Below are positions 20,529 to 30,836 of a stretch of DNA of 64,000 nt, one piece after another. Origin of the DNA: a bacterium (lineage in GTDB: Bacteria > Hinthialibacterota > Hinthialibacteria > Hinthialibacterales > Hinthialibacteraceae); contig CAXXSM010000004.1 of NCBI GenBank assembly GCA_963663405.2, positions 29,450 to 93,449 on the forward strand, given 5' to 3'. The notes below the pieces were generated by a model. The model was not told the DNA's origin and ran no database searches. It saw nothing but the letters and a program-made list of their open reading frames with translations. The position numbers and the translations under genes were made by a program. Each line of letters begins with the position of its first letter. The first letter of the stretch is position 1.

Positions 20529-23428
20529 ATGCAACGATGATTAAGCCGTGGTTGGAAGTGGTCACTCTTCATCCTGATGTTCTATCGGACGAATTTTCCG
20601 AAGACATTTTTGCTCTGGATCTAGGACCATTAGCGGATGGCAATAAAAATGTGGCTGCAGTCTACCGTGATCCCGAGCATTTTTTCCGGGCATCGTATCT
20701 CACTACTGGCCTTAAGTCTCTCCTGAAGGACGTACTTTCACGCCTAAGTGGTGGCGTAGGCAACCGTGTGCTTAAACTGATTACACCATTCGGCGGCGGT
20801 AAATCGCACACGTTGGCGTCGCTCTTTCACGCTTCTAAAAACCGCCAGGCCCTCGATGTGATCCCAGAGGGCAAAGATCTTCCGAATTCCGGCAAGACAA
20901 ACATTTGTGTCTTCGATGGCCAGTTTTACGATGCTACCAATGGCAAGAAGATGCCTGGAACCGACAAGTACGCACGAACCTTGTGGGGATGGATGGCGTG
21001 GTCTCTCGGCGGACTAAAGGGCTACGAAATGTTGTGCAAACAAGACCAAGCACGCGTCGCTCCTGGCGGTGATGAGATCCTGGAATTACTTAAGAACGGC
21101 CCGAACCTGATTCTTCTCGACGAAGTGCTCAACTATCTTATAAGCGCGGGTGGTTTGAAAATTGAGCAGACTACGCTCCGAGACGAAACCCTTACTTTCC
21201 TACAGCGACTTACCGTGGCTGTTGGCAATACTAATAATACTGCTCTAGTTTTTTCGCTTCAATCGAGTAAGAGAGAATCCTTAGAATACGTGAATCTTCT
21301 CCAAACCGTTGACCACTTAGCCGCTCGCAAAGACCAACGCCGTGAGCCAGTGGAAGGCAATGAGATCCTATCCGTCATCCAGCGTCGTCTTCTCGGCAAG
21401 ATTCCCAACGAACCAGACGCTTCTCCCGCTGCGACAGCGTATCAAGAAATTTTCACACAGATGCGTAGAGCTTATGCTCAAAGCACAGCCGAGGGGAAAC
21501 AGGCCGAAGAAGAAGGACTGGCTTTGCGGGATCGTGTGCGCGCGTCTTATCCCTTCCATCCCGCCCTGATTGACGTAATGCGGGAACGCTGGGCCGCGAT
21601 TCCCGACTTCCAGCGCACACGTGGAGCTTTGCGTTTTCTTGCCGCATGCCTTCGTACGTCACACCGGGAAGGAAAGAGCAGAACTGTCCTTGGCCCAGGT
21701 GATGTGCCAATACATGACGCCGAAGTGCGACTTGCCTTCTTCAAGGAAGTTGGTCAACAGGCAGACTTCCAAGCGGTTCTGGAACACGATCTTATAGGAG
21801 CTAACGCTCGTGCGCGCCGAATTGATGACCGTCGTTCTAGGGAAACACCTTCAGAAGTGGGCAAACGTCATGCAATGCGGTTGGCCACAGCTATTCTCAT
21901 GTATTCTTTCGGGGGTCTACGTCGTGAAGGCGCGAATGATATGTTGCCTCCGGGCATCAGCGAGTCGGAACTTCTCTCTGTCTGCGTTGGCCCTGATTTT
22001 GACAGTACAACTGCGCTTGCGTGCCTTAAGGAACTTAAGGAGCAGTGCCTTTATCTTCACTTCGATGGGGTGCGTTACTGCTTCAAGAAAGATCCTAATG
22101 TCACGCTTCTAGTCGAACAAGAAGCAAATTCCGTCGCTCGCAATGAGGATTATGTCCGTGCGAAGATAAAGGAAATGTTGGAAGAGCGTCTAGCAGGTCA
22201 CCATGAGGCTATTGTATGGCCTGTCAAAACGACTGATATTCCGAATGAGGATCCAAGATTCTTAATTGCTTATCTACCCATTGAATTTAGTGGGCAACCA
22301 AAATCTGTGCAGTTTGAGAAGGCAAAGGAATTCTTTGAAAAGTACGGAGATAAGCCGCGCAAACATCGAAACGGACTAGGGCTTGCAGTTCCATCCGATG
22401 ATCAAATTGAGATACTACGACGATCTGTTCGCTATCTTTTAGCCATCGAACAAGTCAAATCAAAGGCCAAGCAGCTTAACCTTACTGACGAGCAAAAGAG
22501 TCAATTGCGAGAACGGGAATCCACAGAAAAGGCAATCACAGAATCGGCGTTTCTTAAGTTATACACAGATGTATGGCTGCCTCGCACGGAATCGGGTGGC
22601 ATAGACATTGATGCTGTATCGGTGGGTGGTCGTCCTCTTCAGACTACACTTAACGATAGGAAACAAGCTGCAATCCACGAGCGCGTAATGGAATTGCTTT
22701 CGGTCGTCCACAAGCGCCTTTTTGGAAGCCTCGCTCCAACAAAAATTTTGGAATTGTTCAAATTAGGTGAAGGAGATCAACCTCGTTATGGCATTCGATT
22801 ATCAGAAGTTGTTGAAGGTTTCTACTCGTTTATCGGGTTTACTCGACTGACTTCCCAGGATGTGATCCGTAAATCTGTTGCGCGTGGTGTCAAGGAAGGT
22901 ATTGTTGGCTACGTATCCGGCATGGTCCCTGAACTTGAGGATAACGGTAAGTTTAAAATCGCACCGGAACGAATCAGATTTACGGTTAATGTTGCGGATG
23001 ACGAAATCGATCTGGACACCGGATTCATCATGCTTCCGCATTCTGTACCGTTACCGAGTCCACAACAAGCCTGCCCGAAATGTGGTAAGTTCCCTTGCGA
23101 GTGTGTCGAACCACCAGCAGTCTGTCCCAAATGTGGACATATCCCATGCCAGTGCCAGAATCCTCAAGTTTGTTCGAATTGTGGCCAGTGGCCTTGCGTG
23201 TGTGAAATAATACCTCCCCCCATTCTGGAAACAGAGAAAGTGGTCCAAGTCTCATTCTCAGCCGATCGAAATGAGCTTTATACGGCCTGGAACGCTGTAG
23301 CGAATCTCGCAGATCTTGCTGGCAAGGTTAATATCACGATCCATGCAGAATCAGTAGAAGGATTCGATAAGAGTAAACTTCAAAATGGTGTGATGGAGCC
23401 TCTTCGGGAGGCGGATTTAATAGAGTGA
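20525..23428 (+). CDS. DUF499 AAA ATPase with three C-terminal CxxCGxxPCxC repeats
   Basis: TPFGGGKSH, LILLDE, YPFHP, FQRTRGALR. Confidence 0.92.
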   Translation: MNATMIKPWLEVVTLHPDVLSDEFSEDIFALDLGPLADGNKNVAAVYRDPEHFFRASYLTTGLKSLLKDVLSRLSGGVGNRVLKLITPFGGGKSHTLASLFHASKNRQALDVIPEGKDLPNSGKTNICVFDGQFYDATNGKKMPGTDKYARTLWGWMAWSLGGLKGYEMLCKQDQARVAPGGDEILELLKNGPNLILLDEVLNYLISAGGLKIEQTTLRDETLTFLQRLTVAVGNTNNTALVFSLQSSKRESLEYVNLLQTVDHLAARKDQRREPVEGNEILSVIQRRLLGKIPNEPDASPAATAYQEIFTQMRRAYAQSTAEGKQAEEEGLALRDRVRASYPFHPALIDVMRERWAAIPDFQRTRGALRFLAACLRTSHREGKSRTVLGPGDVPIHDAEVRLAFFKEVGQQADFQAVLEHDLIGANARARRIDDRRSRETPSEVGKRHAMRLATAILMYSFGGLRREGANDMLPPGISESELLSVCVGPDFDSTTALACLKELKEQCLYLHFDGVRYCFKKDPNVTLLVEQEANSVARNEDYVRAKIKEMLEERLAGHHEAIVWPVKTTDIPNEDPRFLIAYLPIEFSGQPKSVQFEKAKEFFEKYGDKPRKHRNGLGLAVPSDDQIEILRRSVRYLLAIEQVKSKAKQLNLTDEQKSQLRERESTEKAITESAFLKLYTDVWLPRTESGGIDIDAVSVGGRPLQTTLNDRKQAAIHERVMELLSVVHKRLFGSLAPTKILELFKLGEGDQPRYGIRLSEVVEGFYSFIGFTRLTSQDVIRKSVARGVKEGIVGYVSGMVPELEDNGKFKIAPERIRFTVNVADDEIDLDTGFIMLPHSVPLPSPQQACPKCGKFPCECVEPPAVCPKCGHIPCQCQNPQVCSNCGQWPCVCEIIPPPILETEKVVQVSFSADRNELYTAWNAVANLADLAGKVNITIHAESVEGFDKSKLQNGVMEPLREADLIE

Positions 23429-23429
23429 A

Positions 23430-23667
23430 TACACCTTGCCGATTCCGGGGAAAGCAAACAAAAAAAATGGATGCAACTGTAAAATTCTTTGGGAAGAGAA
23501 AAGTTCTTCGAGATATTCTTCAATAGCCTGTTAGCGAACAACGCAGGCATCGCCCACAACACACCGCCTTGCGCCACATCCAATTCCGTCTCGAAACAAG
23601 TCGGGGCTTTCTCCAACTGCCCGATTGCCGCGCATACCCGCCCTGCCTTCCTAGTATTTTTTTGCCC
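23430..23667 (-). pseudogene. Probable transposase remnant
   Basis: DVAQGGVLWAMPALFANRLL...F.LP..FY resembles an internal transposase segment; cut at the adjacent IS end. Confidence 0.5.
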
Positions 23668-25079
23668 CGTAAGGTCAAAAAACTCGAATGACAATCAAGT
23701 TCTTGTAGAATGCAGACTTGAGATCGGAATTTTGAATAAATCTTGATCGAGCGTGATCCAGTCTTGTACAGTTTTGGTATGTTTCGGTCGTGAAAAGTCA
23801 ACAATAGGCGGTTTGGTGGACAGACTTTCGGAATGGCTTAACTGAAGTAAAGCGCATTACGCTGCATCGCGGTAATAGTATCGTAACATACCACCGAGAC
23901 GCTCACGAGATTGTATGTCACCTGAAATTCTCCCGATTTCTTCACCGGGATCAATGATATGGTTATTCAGGCCTTGGTGGTTTCTTTCATGATGATAATG
24001 AGCAAGGAATTCGCGAACCGCATTACGCAGGGAACGGGCGCCAAAGAAAATCATTCGGTTTAAACATTCCTCTTTTAAGGATCTATGATATCTCTCCAAA
24101 TGGGAATTCAAATTCGGGCTCCGCGGTGGTAAACGGACCGGCTTCACACCGGCGTCTTTCAACAATTTTCTAAAAGCCGGACAGAATATCCCATCCCGAT
24201 CCATGAGCACATAACGCATGCCATTGAGAAATCCATCTTCGGCGTCGGTTAGATTTCGTCCGATTTGCTTCATCCACGCTTCCTCAGGATTGGAGACACA
24301 ACCAGCGAAATGAACGCGCCTTGTCTTGAGTTCCATCACGAAGAGCAGGTAGATGGTAATCAACCCGCCTATTGTCCAGATCTCAACCGTCGTAAAATCA
24401 ATGGCGGCTAAAACGTCCCAATGAGCTTGGATAAATGTGGACCATGTTGTCTGCTGCTTGCGTGTCGGCGCCGGTTCGATTCCATGTTTCTGGAGAATAT
24501 TGCCGACACTTTGATCCGAAATGTCATGACCAAGGTTGGCCAGCGCGCCTTGAATCCGGTCATAGCCCCAGGTGGGATTTTCTTGGGCCATACGGAGAAC
24601 GAGTTCGATGACCTCTTGTGAGATTGGAGGGCGTCCGATCTTCTGTCGATTTTCACTATAATTCCATTTCTGAGCCACAAGTTCACGATGCCAGCGAAGA
24701 ATCGTATCCGGGGTGAAAATTGTCGAGATTTCCTTCAAAATTTTCCGTCCCAGAGTTTTTCCTTTGACCGCGAGCCGGGCCCGCTGTTTATCGTTGAGTA
24801 GAATACGCTTTTTGCCTTGGACTTCGAGGAGTATATCGACCTCTGTCCGCAGAAACTCGATTACCTGTTGTTGCTCTCGATTTACCCAACCTGCAATGAT
24901 GAGCAAAAAGAATTGCCATGGCTGTAAAATGAAATTCATCGTATCCCCAGATTCAAAGTGGTGTCATAGAATCGGGGTAGGGAAGCGGTATGTCAATGGG
25001 CCGAAATCATGGATTTGTAATTTTTCCAAGTCTTTTAATCAAGGGCGGTTACAGTTCAGTCGACTTTTTTGACCTTACG
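23668..25079 (-). mobile_element. IS with rve integrase-core transposase (IS481/IS3-like)
   Basis: 24-bp inverted repeats CGTAAGGTCAAAAAACTCGAATGA / CGTAAGGTCAAAAAAGTCGACTGA (22/24); no target duplication. Confidence 0.88.
23857..24939 (-). CDS. Integrase-core (DDE) transposase
   Basis: NPTWGYDRIQG, AIDF, MDRD, PNLNSHLER...KEECL, RERLGG. Confidence 0.9.
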   Translation of the reverse strand: MNFILQPWQFFLLIIAGWVNREQQQVIEFLRTEVDILLEVQGKKRILLNDKQRARLAVKGKTLGRKILKEISTIFTPDTILRWHRELVAQKWNYSENRQKIGRPPISQEVIELVLRMAQENPTWGYDRIQGALANLGHDISDQSVGNILQKHGIEPAPTRKQQTTWSTFIQAHWDVLAAIDFTTVEIWTIGGLITIYLLFVMELKTRRVHFAGCVSNPEEAWMKQIGRNLTDAEDGFLNGMRYVLMDRDGIFCPAFRKLLKDAGVKPVRLPPRSPNLNSHLERYHRSLKEECLNRMIFFGARSLRNAVREFLAHYHHERNHQGLNNHIIDPGEEIGRISGDIQSRERLGGMLRYYYRDAA

Positions 25080-26870
25080 CCATAGTAGCGGACTTTATGG
25101 AAGCCACGGGGGAGCACATGCATCACGAAGCGCCGCAGAAATTCTTCGCCCCGCATGCGGATAGTTCGCCAATGCTTCTCTTTGAAGGTCTTGTAGCGGA
25201 ACGTTACGTGGGTATCGTCCATTGCCAGAAGCCGATGGTTGGAGATCGCGATGCGATAGACATAGCGCCCCAGGTAATTCAAGATGGCTTTCACACCTTT
25301 GCCATACGGTTTGCAGAACGAGTTCCATCCCGTATTCCAGACTTTGGCATCGATCTCCCGGAAGATATCCGGCTCCGCTTTTTCGAGCCGCTCTTTCAAG
25401 CGCCTGCGAACGAGCAAGCTGAGCGTTCCCACATCGAGGAGCCATTTCGGGTGGCGGAGTTCCATCCAAGAGTGGCCGTCCTCACTCACCCCACCGGCGC
25501 TGACTAATAGATGGACATGCGGATGCAAATCCAGATCCCCTCGCCAAGTGTGCAGCACGGTCAGGATCGCCGGGGTGGCGCCGGCGACCTTTGGATTGCG
25601 CATCAGATCCATGACACAGGAAGCCACCGTCGTCATCAGCAACCCATAGAGAATCTTTTGATGAGCCAAAAAGGCCGCTCGAATGGGCTGGGGAACTGTC
25701 ACGATCACATGAAAGTAACGGCAGCCAAGCATCTGGTCTTCCCGCTTCTCGATCCATTTCCGCATCGCCTGGGAATGACAGGACGGACAGGATCGATTGC
25801 CACACCCGTGATACACCCAGAAGTCTTCACCGCAGTCCTGACAGTGATAACGATGCCCTCCCAGTTCCGCCGTATGGCAGGCCATGATATCGTGCAGCGC
25901 TTTGCGTTGCGACGGCAAGAGACGCTTGCCTTGTTTTTTAATGTAAGCTGGACCGAACCGGCGAACCACGTCGCCGAGTTCGAGGTTCGATGAAGTGCAA
26001 TTCATGATTCCTCCTAACATCAGATCGGCGAACACGGCATTGACACGTTCCTGCACCTCGTGGCGAAGTGGCTCCGTCAAATGGGTGTAGATTTGGGTGG
26101 AACGAAGACTGGAATGACCGAGAAGAATCTGGACGATTCGTATGTTCTCGCCGCTCTCCAGCAATTTGGTGGCAAAGGAGTGGCGTAGCTGGTGCGGCTT
26201 GATGTCGTTTGTCAAACCGATTTCCTCGCAGGCCAAGCGGAACGCTTGACAGAGTGTCGACGCGGGGATGTGGTTAGAGCCCTTTTGGTTGGGGAACAGC
26301 CAAGTGGGATGGTGATGCGTAAACCAGAGTTCTTTCATCGGATCCAGCAACGCGGCGGGGAGAGGAACGATTCGCTCTTTGTCATCCTTCCCAATAATAC
26401 GTAGACACATTTGCTTGGAGTCGATCTTTTTGACCGGAAGCGAGACGGCTTCACTGGTTCGGAGACCGCATGTGTACATCAAAGCCAGGGCCACCCGATA
26501 GGGCGATTTCCTGACGACGGAAAGGAGGGCGCGAACCTGGGAATGGGTTAATGGATGTGGCAGACGCTTTTGGCGGGGCTTGCGAATCTTTTTTTTGCAA
26601 ACAACGGCCACCCCAGATCCAACGTGGTTTGATAGAGAAATTTCAGCGCGCTGTAGTGAACCTGAAACGTTCCGAGAGCGACTTTCTTCACGTCTCGCAA
26701 TTTCAGTAAATAAATCCGGACGAGTTCCTCGCTAATGCATTCTGGCGAGCAACCAAATTCTTGGGCGAATGAGGCGATGGCTCGGACGTATTCTTTTTGC
26801 GTGCCTTCGCTCAATCCTGCTAACGTCATGTCTTCGCGCAACAGTCCTCGGAATTCTGTTTCACCGTCGA
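25080..26870 (-). mobile_element. Truncated IS91-like element: tyrosine recombinase plus Zn-binding IS91 (HUH) transposase
   Basis: Integrase N-terminal domain (LREDMTLAGLSEGTQKEY), frameshift near 26590, then GLRTSE/HQLRHSFA/LGH...TQIY. Transposase C..C...C..RSCPSC, LHTW...HPHVH, YLGRY, RYYG, cut at 25080. Confidence 0.88.
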
Positions 26871-27356
26871 GTAAAATCCATCGAACAACAACTGCGTGTG
26901 AGCGCGGAGGCAAAAATTGAGGAGATTCGCTCCACACGAGAATGGAAAGAAGCGGCGCTCGCGAAAGTTCTCGGACCTACTTTCATGCATCTAGAGCGAA
27001 CGGAACGCGCATTTTGTCGCTGGGAGAAGAAGCAACTCTTTCTAGAGATGGAGGTTATCGGAAAATCCAACCGTTGTGTTCGGGATCTGTTATTGGATAA
27101 TGCCCATCTAATACCCTTGGATCTACTTGACCATGCATCAGATTTAATACACCATTATGACGTGTGGCTGGAGATGTTTCATGAAAAGCGAGAATCAGAA
27201 AATCCCGACCTGAACACAAAATTTATCTTTACCGGCCCAGAGGGCTATGGATTTCCAGATGCCAGCAAAACAGCGTTCCAAAATAAATTTCACGAGTTTC
27301 GTCAGGAACTGTATGGGACAACCCAACAATCGCTTAAACTGGAAGATTCGCGCTAG
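26871..27356 (+). pseudogene. 5'-truncated hypothetical protein
   Basis: Protein-like sequence begins only where the opposite-strand integrase ends; junction approximate. Confidence 0.55.
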
Positions 27357-27553
27357 TAACTAAATACGGTTAAGGATCAGGATACATCAATTTTTGAGCA
27401 GAAGTGATATCAATTTGAATATGAAAATAAACTAGCAATTGATTTGATATAAAAAATCCTCACAAATAATAATGACATAAATTAAACTGGTCACTGAGTT
27501 GAAATTATCCAAAGATTTATAAACCATACATTCTTACTTGGTCTAATGATAAA

Positions 27554-28033
27554 ATGCCCTCAACAAAAGACCATCAACACGCTGCATTCACGCAGAATTT
27601 CATCGAGGCGATGAAGAAACAACAATACTCTTTGGTTGGCTGTGAGATCATGTACAACCATTACGGGGATCGGGGCGTAATTGATGTTGTACTTCGCAAA
27701 GATTATGTGGACCAGAAACGATCGACATGGTTGATCTGTGAAATGAAACCTCGGCTCTACGATATTGGTGAAACCATCCGGCAAGTTCACCGGGCGGAGG
27801 AATATTTCTGTCGCGCGCGGCCGGATATGAAGATGCAAGGTTGGGAGAATGAATATCGTTTTATCCTGGTTCTAGAAGCGGATAAGCAGAATCTGCATCA
27901 AGTCCAATGTCAGCACAGGGATCTCTTTGCTGGGATTGATGTGATGTATCACCACAGTGATTCTCATCAGATCGATGCAATTGAACGTATGAGTGAGATC
28001 ATGAATGCGATTTTGACCGTGCAAAACCACTGA
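27554..28033 (+). CDS. Small PD-(D/E)xK nuclease-fold protein
   Basis: E...GDRGVIDV...ICEMKP...Q...Y pattern; preceded by CCAAAGA-TTTATAAA (27509-27523). Confidence 0.7.
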   Translation: MPSTKDHQHAAFTQNFIEAMKKQQYSLVGCEIMYNHYGDRGVIDVVLRKDYVDQKRSTWLICEMKPRLYDIGETIRQVHRAEEYFCRARPDMKMQGWENEYRFILVLEADKQNLHQVQCQHRDLFAGIDVMYHHSDSHQIDAIERMSEIMNAILTVQNH

Positions 28034-28045
28034 TTTACTAACCCA

Positions 28046-29269
28046 TCAAATTTTCGTTTGATCGATATCCAGCAAGCTAATTCTCAAAATTTTCTTCTCC
28101 AAATCCTGAATCCGCTGGGCGATCAAATAGCCTTCTTTCTTCCAGACTCTCGCTATTCGAATTTTCTTGAGCGCTTCCTCTATTCTTCCAGTCAGAAGAT
28201 TTCTCATGGAATCACGCAACGATTGATTGATCGCGATTTCCCGATTCTCAATCCTCGTTTCTAACTCCTCGATTTCCGATTCCAATCCAACCTTTTGTTG
28301 TTCATCCAGTATTTCTTTTTTCAATTTTCTTCGTTCTTTAAGACTCATTTTTTCCATCAATTGGCGCTGTTTTGCAGAAAACAGACTGGAATCCAGAGCC
28401 AGGAGACGTTCATTAAGTGTTTTGAGAGAATCCAGTGATTTCTTCAAATAGCGGTTCGATTGAAACGTCATTTGTATTTTCTGAGCGAGCAAGGATCTTG
28501 CCCGGGGATTTGCCCCATAATGTTGAATGGCAGAATCCAGTTCATCAAACGATGCCTTTGTCTCTTTCATATTGGACAGCATTTTTTTGATTCCTGGAAT
28601 ACCGAGTTTCTTCAAAGAGTTCGCTTCAGTAGCTAATTCTTCATTTGGGATTCGATTGAAATGATTTTGGGAGAGTTTGCGTAATTTGACCTTCAGAGTT
28701 TTATCCGGATTCCTTACACTCATCTTTGCAAGCGCTTTCAGCAGAAAAACAAGAAATACGATTACAAGAAAAGGATATAGAAAGGGATTGATTGTACTTG
28801 ATAAGTCATACAAGTTAGGATCGATGGTTGTGACCACCAACATCGTCACAATCAATGTCAAAAGAAAAGAGAGAATCGGATTCATTTTCAAATACAAAAA
28901 ACTGTGATAGACCATAATCCCAAACAGAAACGTTAAAAGGACGATCGCCACCGTTCCGAATGAAGAAAGAGTAAAGTGATATTTCTTTTCCACAGAGATC
29001 ATGGAAAAAGCCAATGCCAATCCAATCCCCAAACTGACCGCCCTGCCCGCTCTACCCGGAAATTTCTTTCGGAGACTGAAATGAGCGATTCCAATAAAGA
29101 CAAGAGCAAAGACGAAAAAATCGATGACAGTGGAATAACGAAGATAAACATGGGTTGGATCAAAGATGGTTTCCCATGGAGTCAAAGCAGAAAATCCATT
29201 GGGAATCGACGATCTTGTGATTACCCACGCGTGATGATCTATCCCATTTGCGATTCGATTTCCAATCAT
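28046..29269 (-). CDS. Multi-pass membrane protein with C-terminal coiled coil
   Basis: About five hydrophobic helices then ~220 aa charged helical region; ATG at 29269 lies 31 nt after a TATA motif (29293-29300). Confidence 0.85.
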   Translation of the reverse strand: MIGNRIANGIDHHAWVITRSSIPNGFSALTPWETIFDPTHVYLRYSTVIDFFVFALVFIGIAHFSLRKKFPGRAGRAVSLGIGLALAFSMISVEKKYHFTLSSFGTVAIVLLTFLFGIMVYHSFLYLKMNPILSFLLTLIVTMLVVTTIDPNLYDLSSTINPFLYPFLVIVFLVFLLKALAKMSVRNPDKTLKVKLRKLSQNHFNRIPNEELATEANSLKKLGIPGIKKMLSNMKETKASFDELDSAIQHYGANPRARSLLAQKIQMTFQSNRYLKKSLDSLKTLNERLLALDSSLFSAKQRQLMEKMSLKERRKLKKEILDEQQKVGLESEIEELETRIENREIAINQSLRDSMRNLLTGRIEEALKKIRIARVWKKEGYLIAQRIQDLEKKILRISLLDIDQTKI

Positions 29270-29346
29270 GGATTCATATTTGTTCCTACTCAAATATAAA
29301 TTTTACGATTGGAAATCCGTACAAAATTCGATTGAACTGTGAGAAG

Positions 29347-29486
29347 ATTTCTCATGGAAACTTATTTTCGGTTGTGATATGTATGAAAAAAAATTGGATT
29401 ATTGAATGTATGTTTTTGTTTTCTATATAGTAAGTAATAAAAGAAGTAACAATTAACTTATTTTATAATTACGTTCCACAGGAAAT
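29347..29486. promoter_or_regulatory. Putative archaeal-type origin: inverted mini-ORB pair flanking an AT-rich element
   Basis: GTTCCACAGGAAAT on + (29473-29486) and TTTCCATGAGAAAT on - (29347-29360); ~110 bp very AT-rich between; directly upstream of cdc6. Confidence 0.6.
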
Positions 29487-29525
29487 CTTCCCTTACAGTT
29501 CTCTGTTTTCACTCTTTCAGGACAA

Positions 29526-29540
29526 AAGAAGATTTAAATA
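29526..29540 (+). promoter_or_regulatory. BRE+TATA-like motif upstream of cdc6
   Basis: AAGAAGA-TTTAAATA, 32 nt before an ATG that has no Shine-Dalgarno site. Confidence 0.6.
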
Positions 29541-29564
29541 GTAAAAGGCTCCTTCCTATGCAGC

Positions 29565-30836
29565 ATGAGTCAGAAGATTTCCTATGGAACCGGTACATCT
29601 ACCTCGACAGCGAGCACAGAATCCCTGATACAAGAAGCGTTTCTCCATATCGAAGACAAGAAAATCACGCTGAATCCTTCCTATCTCGATGACGAAAAAC
29701 TGACGGAATCCGAACGGGTGACGGTTCTGCAGGAGATCTTTCAGCGCAATATCCGCCAGCAACAACTGCATCGATTGGCCAAATACTTGTCCCCGGTGCT
29801 CGCCGGTGATTCGCCGGCCAATCTCCTGATCTACGGCCCTTCCGGGGCGGGCAAATCGGTCACCTGCCTACATTTTCTCAACGCTTTGGCTTCCATGTGC
29901 GGCGTCAAACAGATCCAGTTTCAGTATTATTATGTGGATCTCACCACTCCGAAAACTTGTTTTGGCGCCTTGAACGAGCTGGCCTTATCCCTAGATGGGA
30001 CTACCAAACGGTACCGTAAGGGCATCGCGCTGGACCAGATGCAGGAGACTGTCATCCGGGCGCTGACGGCCCGCCATGATCTGGTCTGCATTGTGGTGGA
30101 CGAGGTCGACAATATCACCTCCAACAGCGATCTCTTTTACACATTTTTAGCCAAAACCTTGCCCAAACGGATTCCAGTCCGCCTGTTTTACCTCTTGTTG
30201 ACCAACCGGATCGAATGGGATAAAACCCTTGATCCCCGAATTCTCTCCGTGCTCAAAAAGACGGATATCATTTTTGAGCCCTACGACGCTATGGATCTAA
30301 TTGAAATCTTAAATCTCCGAGTGGAGAAAGCCCTCGACACCCGGAAAGTCGATCCCGCGGCGATCCGGAAAATCGCCGCGTACGCGTCACGGGAGAATGG
30401 CGACGCGCGCAAAGCCATCGAGTTGCTGGTCAAAGGAGTCAAAATCGCCGAAGATTCGACCGGTTATTTAGGCGTCCGTGAAGTGGACGAAGCGGATTCC
30501 TTGCTGGAGATCGACAAAACCGAACAGTTAATCCACGCTCTCGCGCCTCAGCAGAAATGCGCTCTCTTAGCCTGCTATACAGGGTTGCAAAACTCACGAG
30601 AAAAACTCTGGACCGGGCCCGCCTATGATATTTATCGATCCATTTGTGACCGGCGGAATGTGCGAACACTCACGCAGCGGCGGTTCTCCGATATCGTCAG
30701 TTTTTTGGATATCTACGGTTTGATCAACGCCCGGGTGATCTCAAAGGGGCGCTACGGAAAAACCCGGGAGCTGTCTTCCTCTCTCCCAGAAAAAGTCGTT
30801 CAGAAGGTCTTCAAGACCTGCGAACAGAATCTTTAA
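29565..30836 (+). CDS. cdc6: Archaeal-type Orc1/Cdc6 replication initiator (AAA+ plus winged helix)
   Basis: IYGPSGAGKS, VVDEVD, LDPRILS, FEPYD...LIEIL..R, GDARKAIELL, LTQRRFSDIVSFLDIYGLINARVISKGRYGKTR. Confidence 0.93.
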   Translation: MSQKISYGTGTSTSTASTESLIQEAFLHIEDKKITLNPSYLDDEKLTESERVTVLQEIFQRNIRQQQLHRLAKYLSPVLAGDSPANLLIYGPSGAGKSVTCLHFLNALASMCGVKQIQFQYYYVDLTTPKTCFGALNELALSLDGTTKRYRKGIALDQMQETVIRALTARHDLVCIVVDEVDNITSNSDLFYTFLAKTLPKRIPVRLFYLLLTNRIEWDKTLDPRILSVLKKTDIIFEPYDAMDLIEILNLRVEKALDTRKVDPAAIRKIAAYASRENGDARKAIELLVKGVKIAEDSTGYLGVREVDEADSLLEIDKTEQLIHALAPQQKCALLACYTGLQNSREKLWTGPAYDIYRSICDRRNVRTLTQRRFSDIVSFLDIYGLINARVISKGRYGKTRELSSSLPEKVVQKVFKTCEQNL

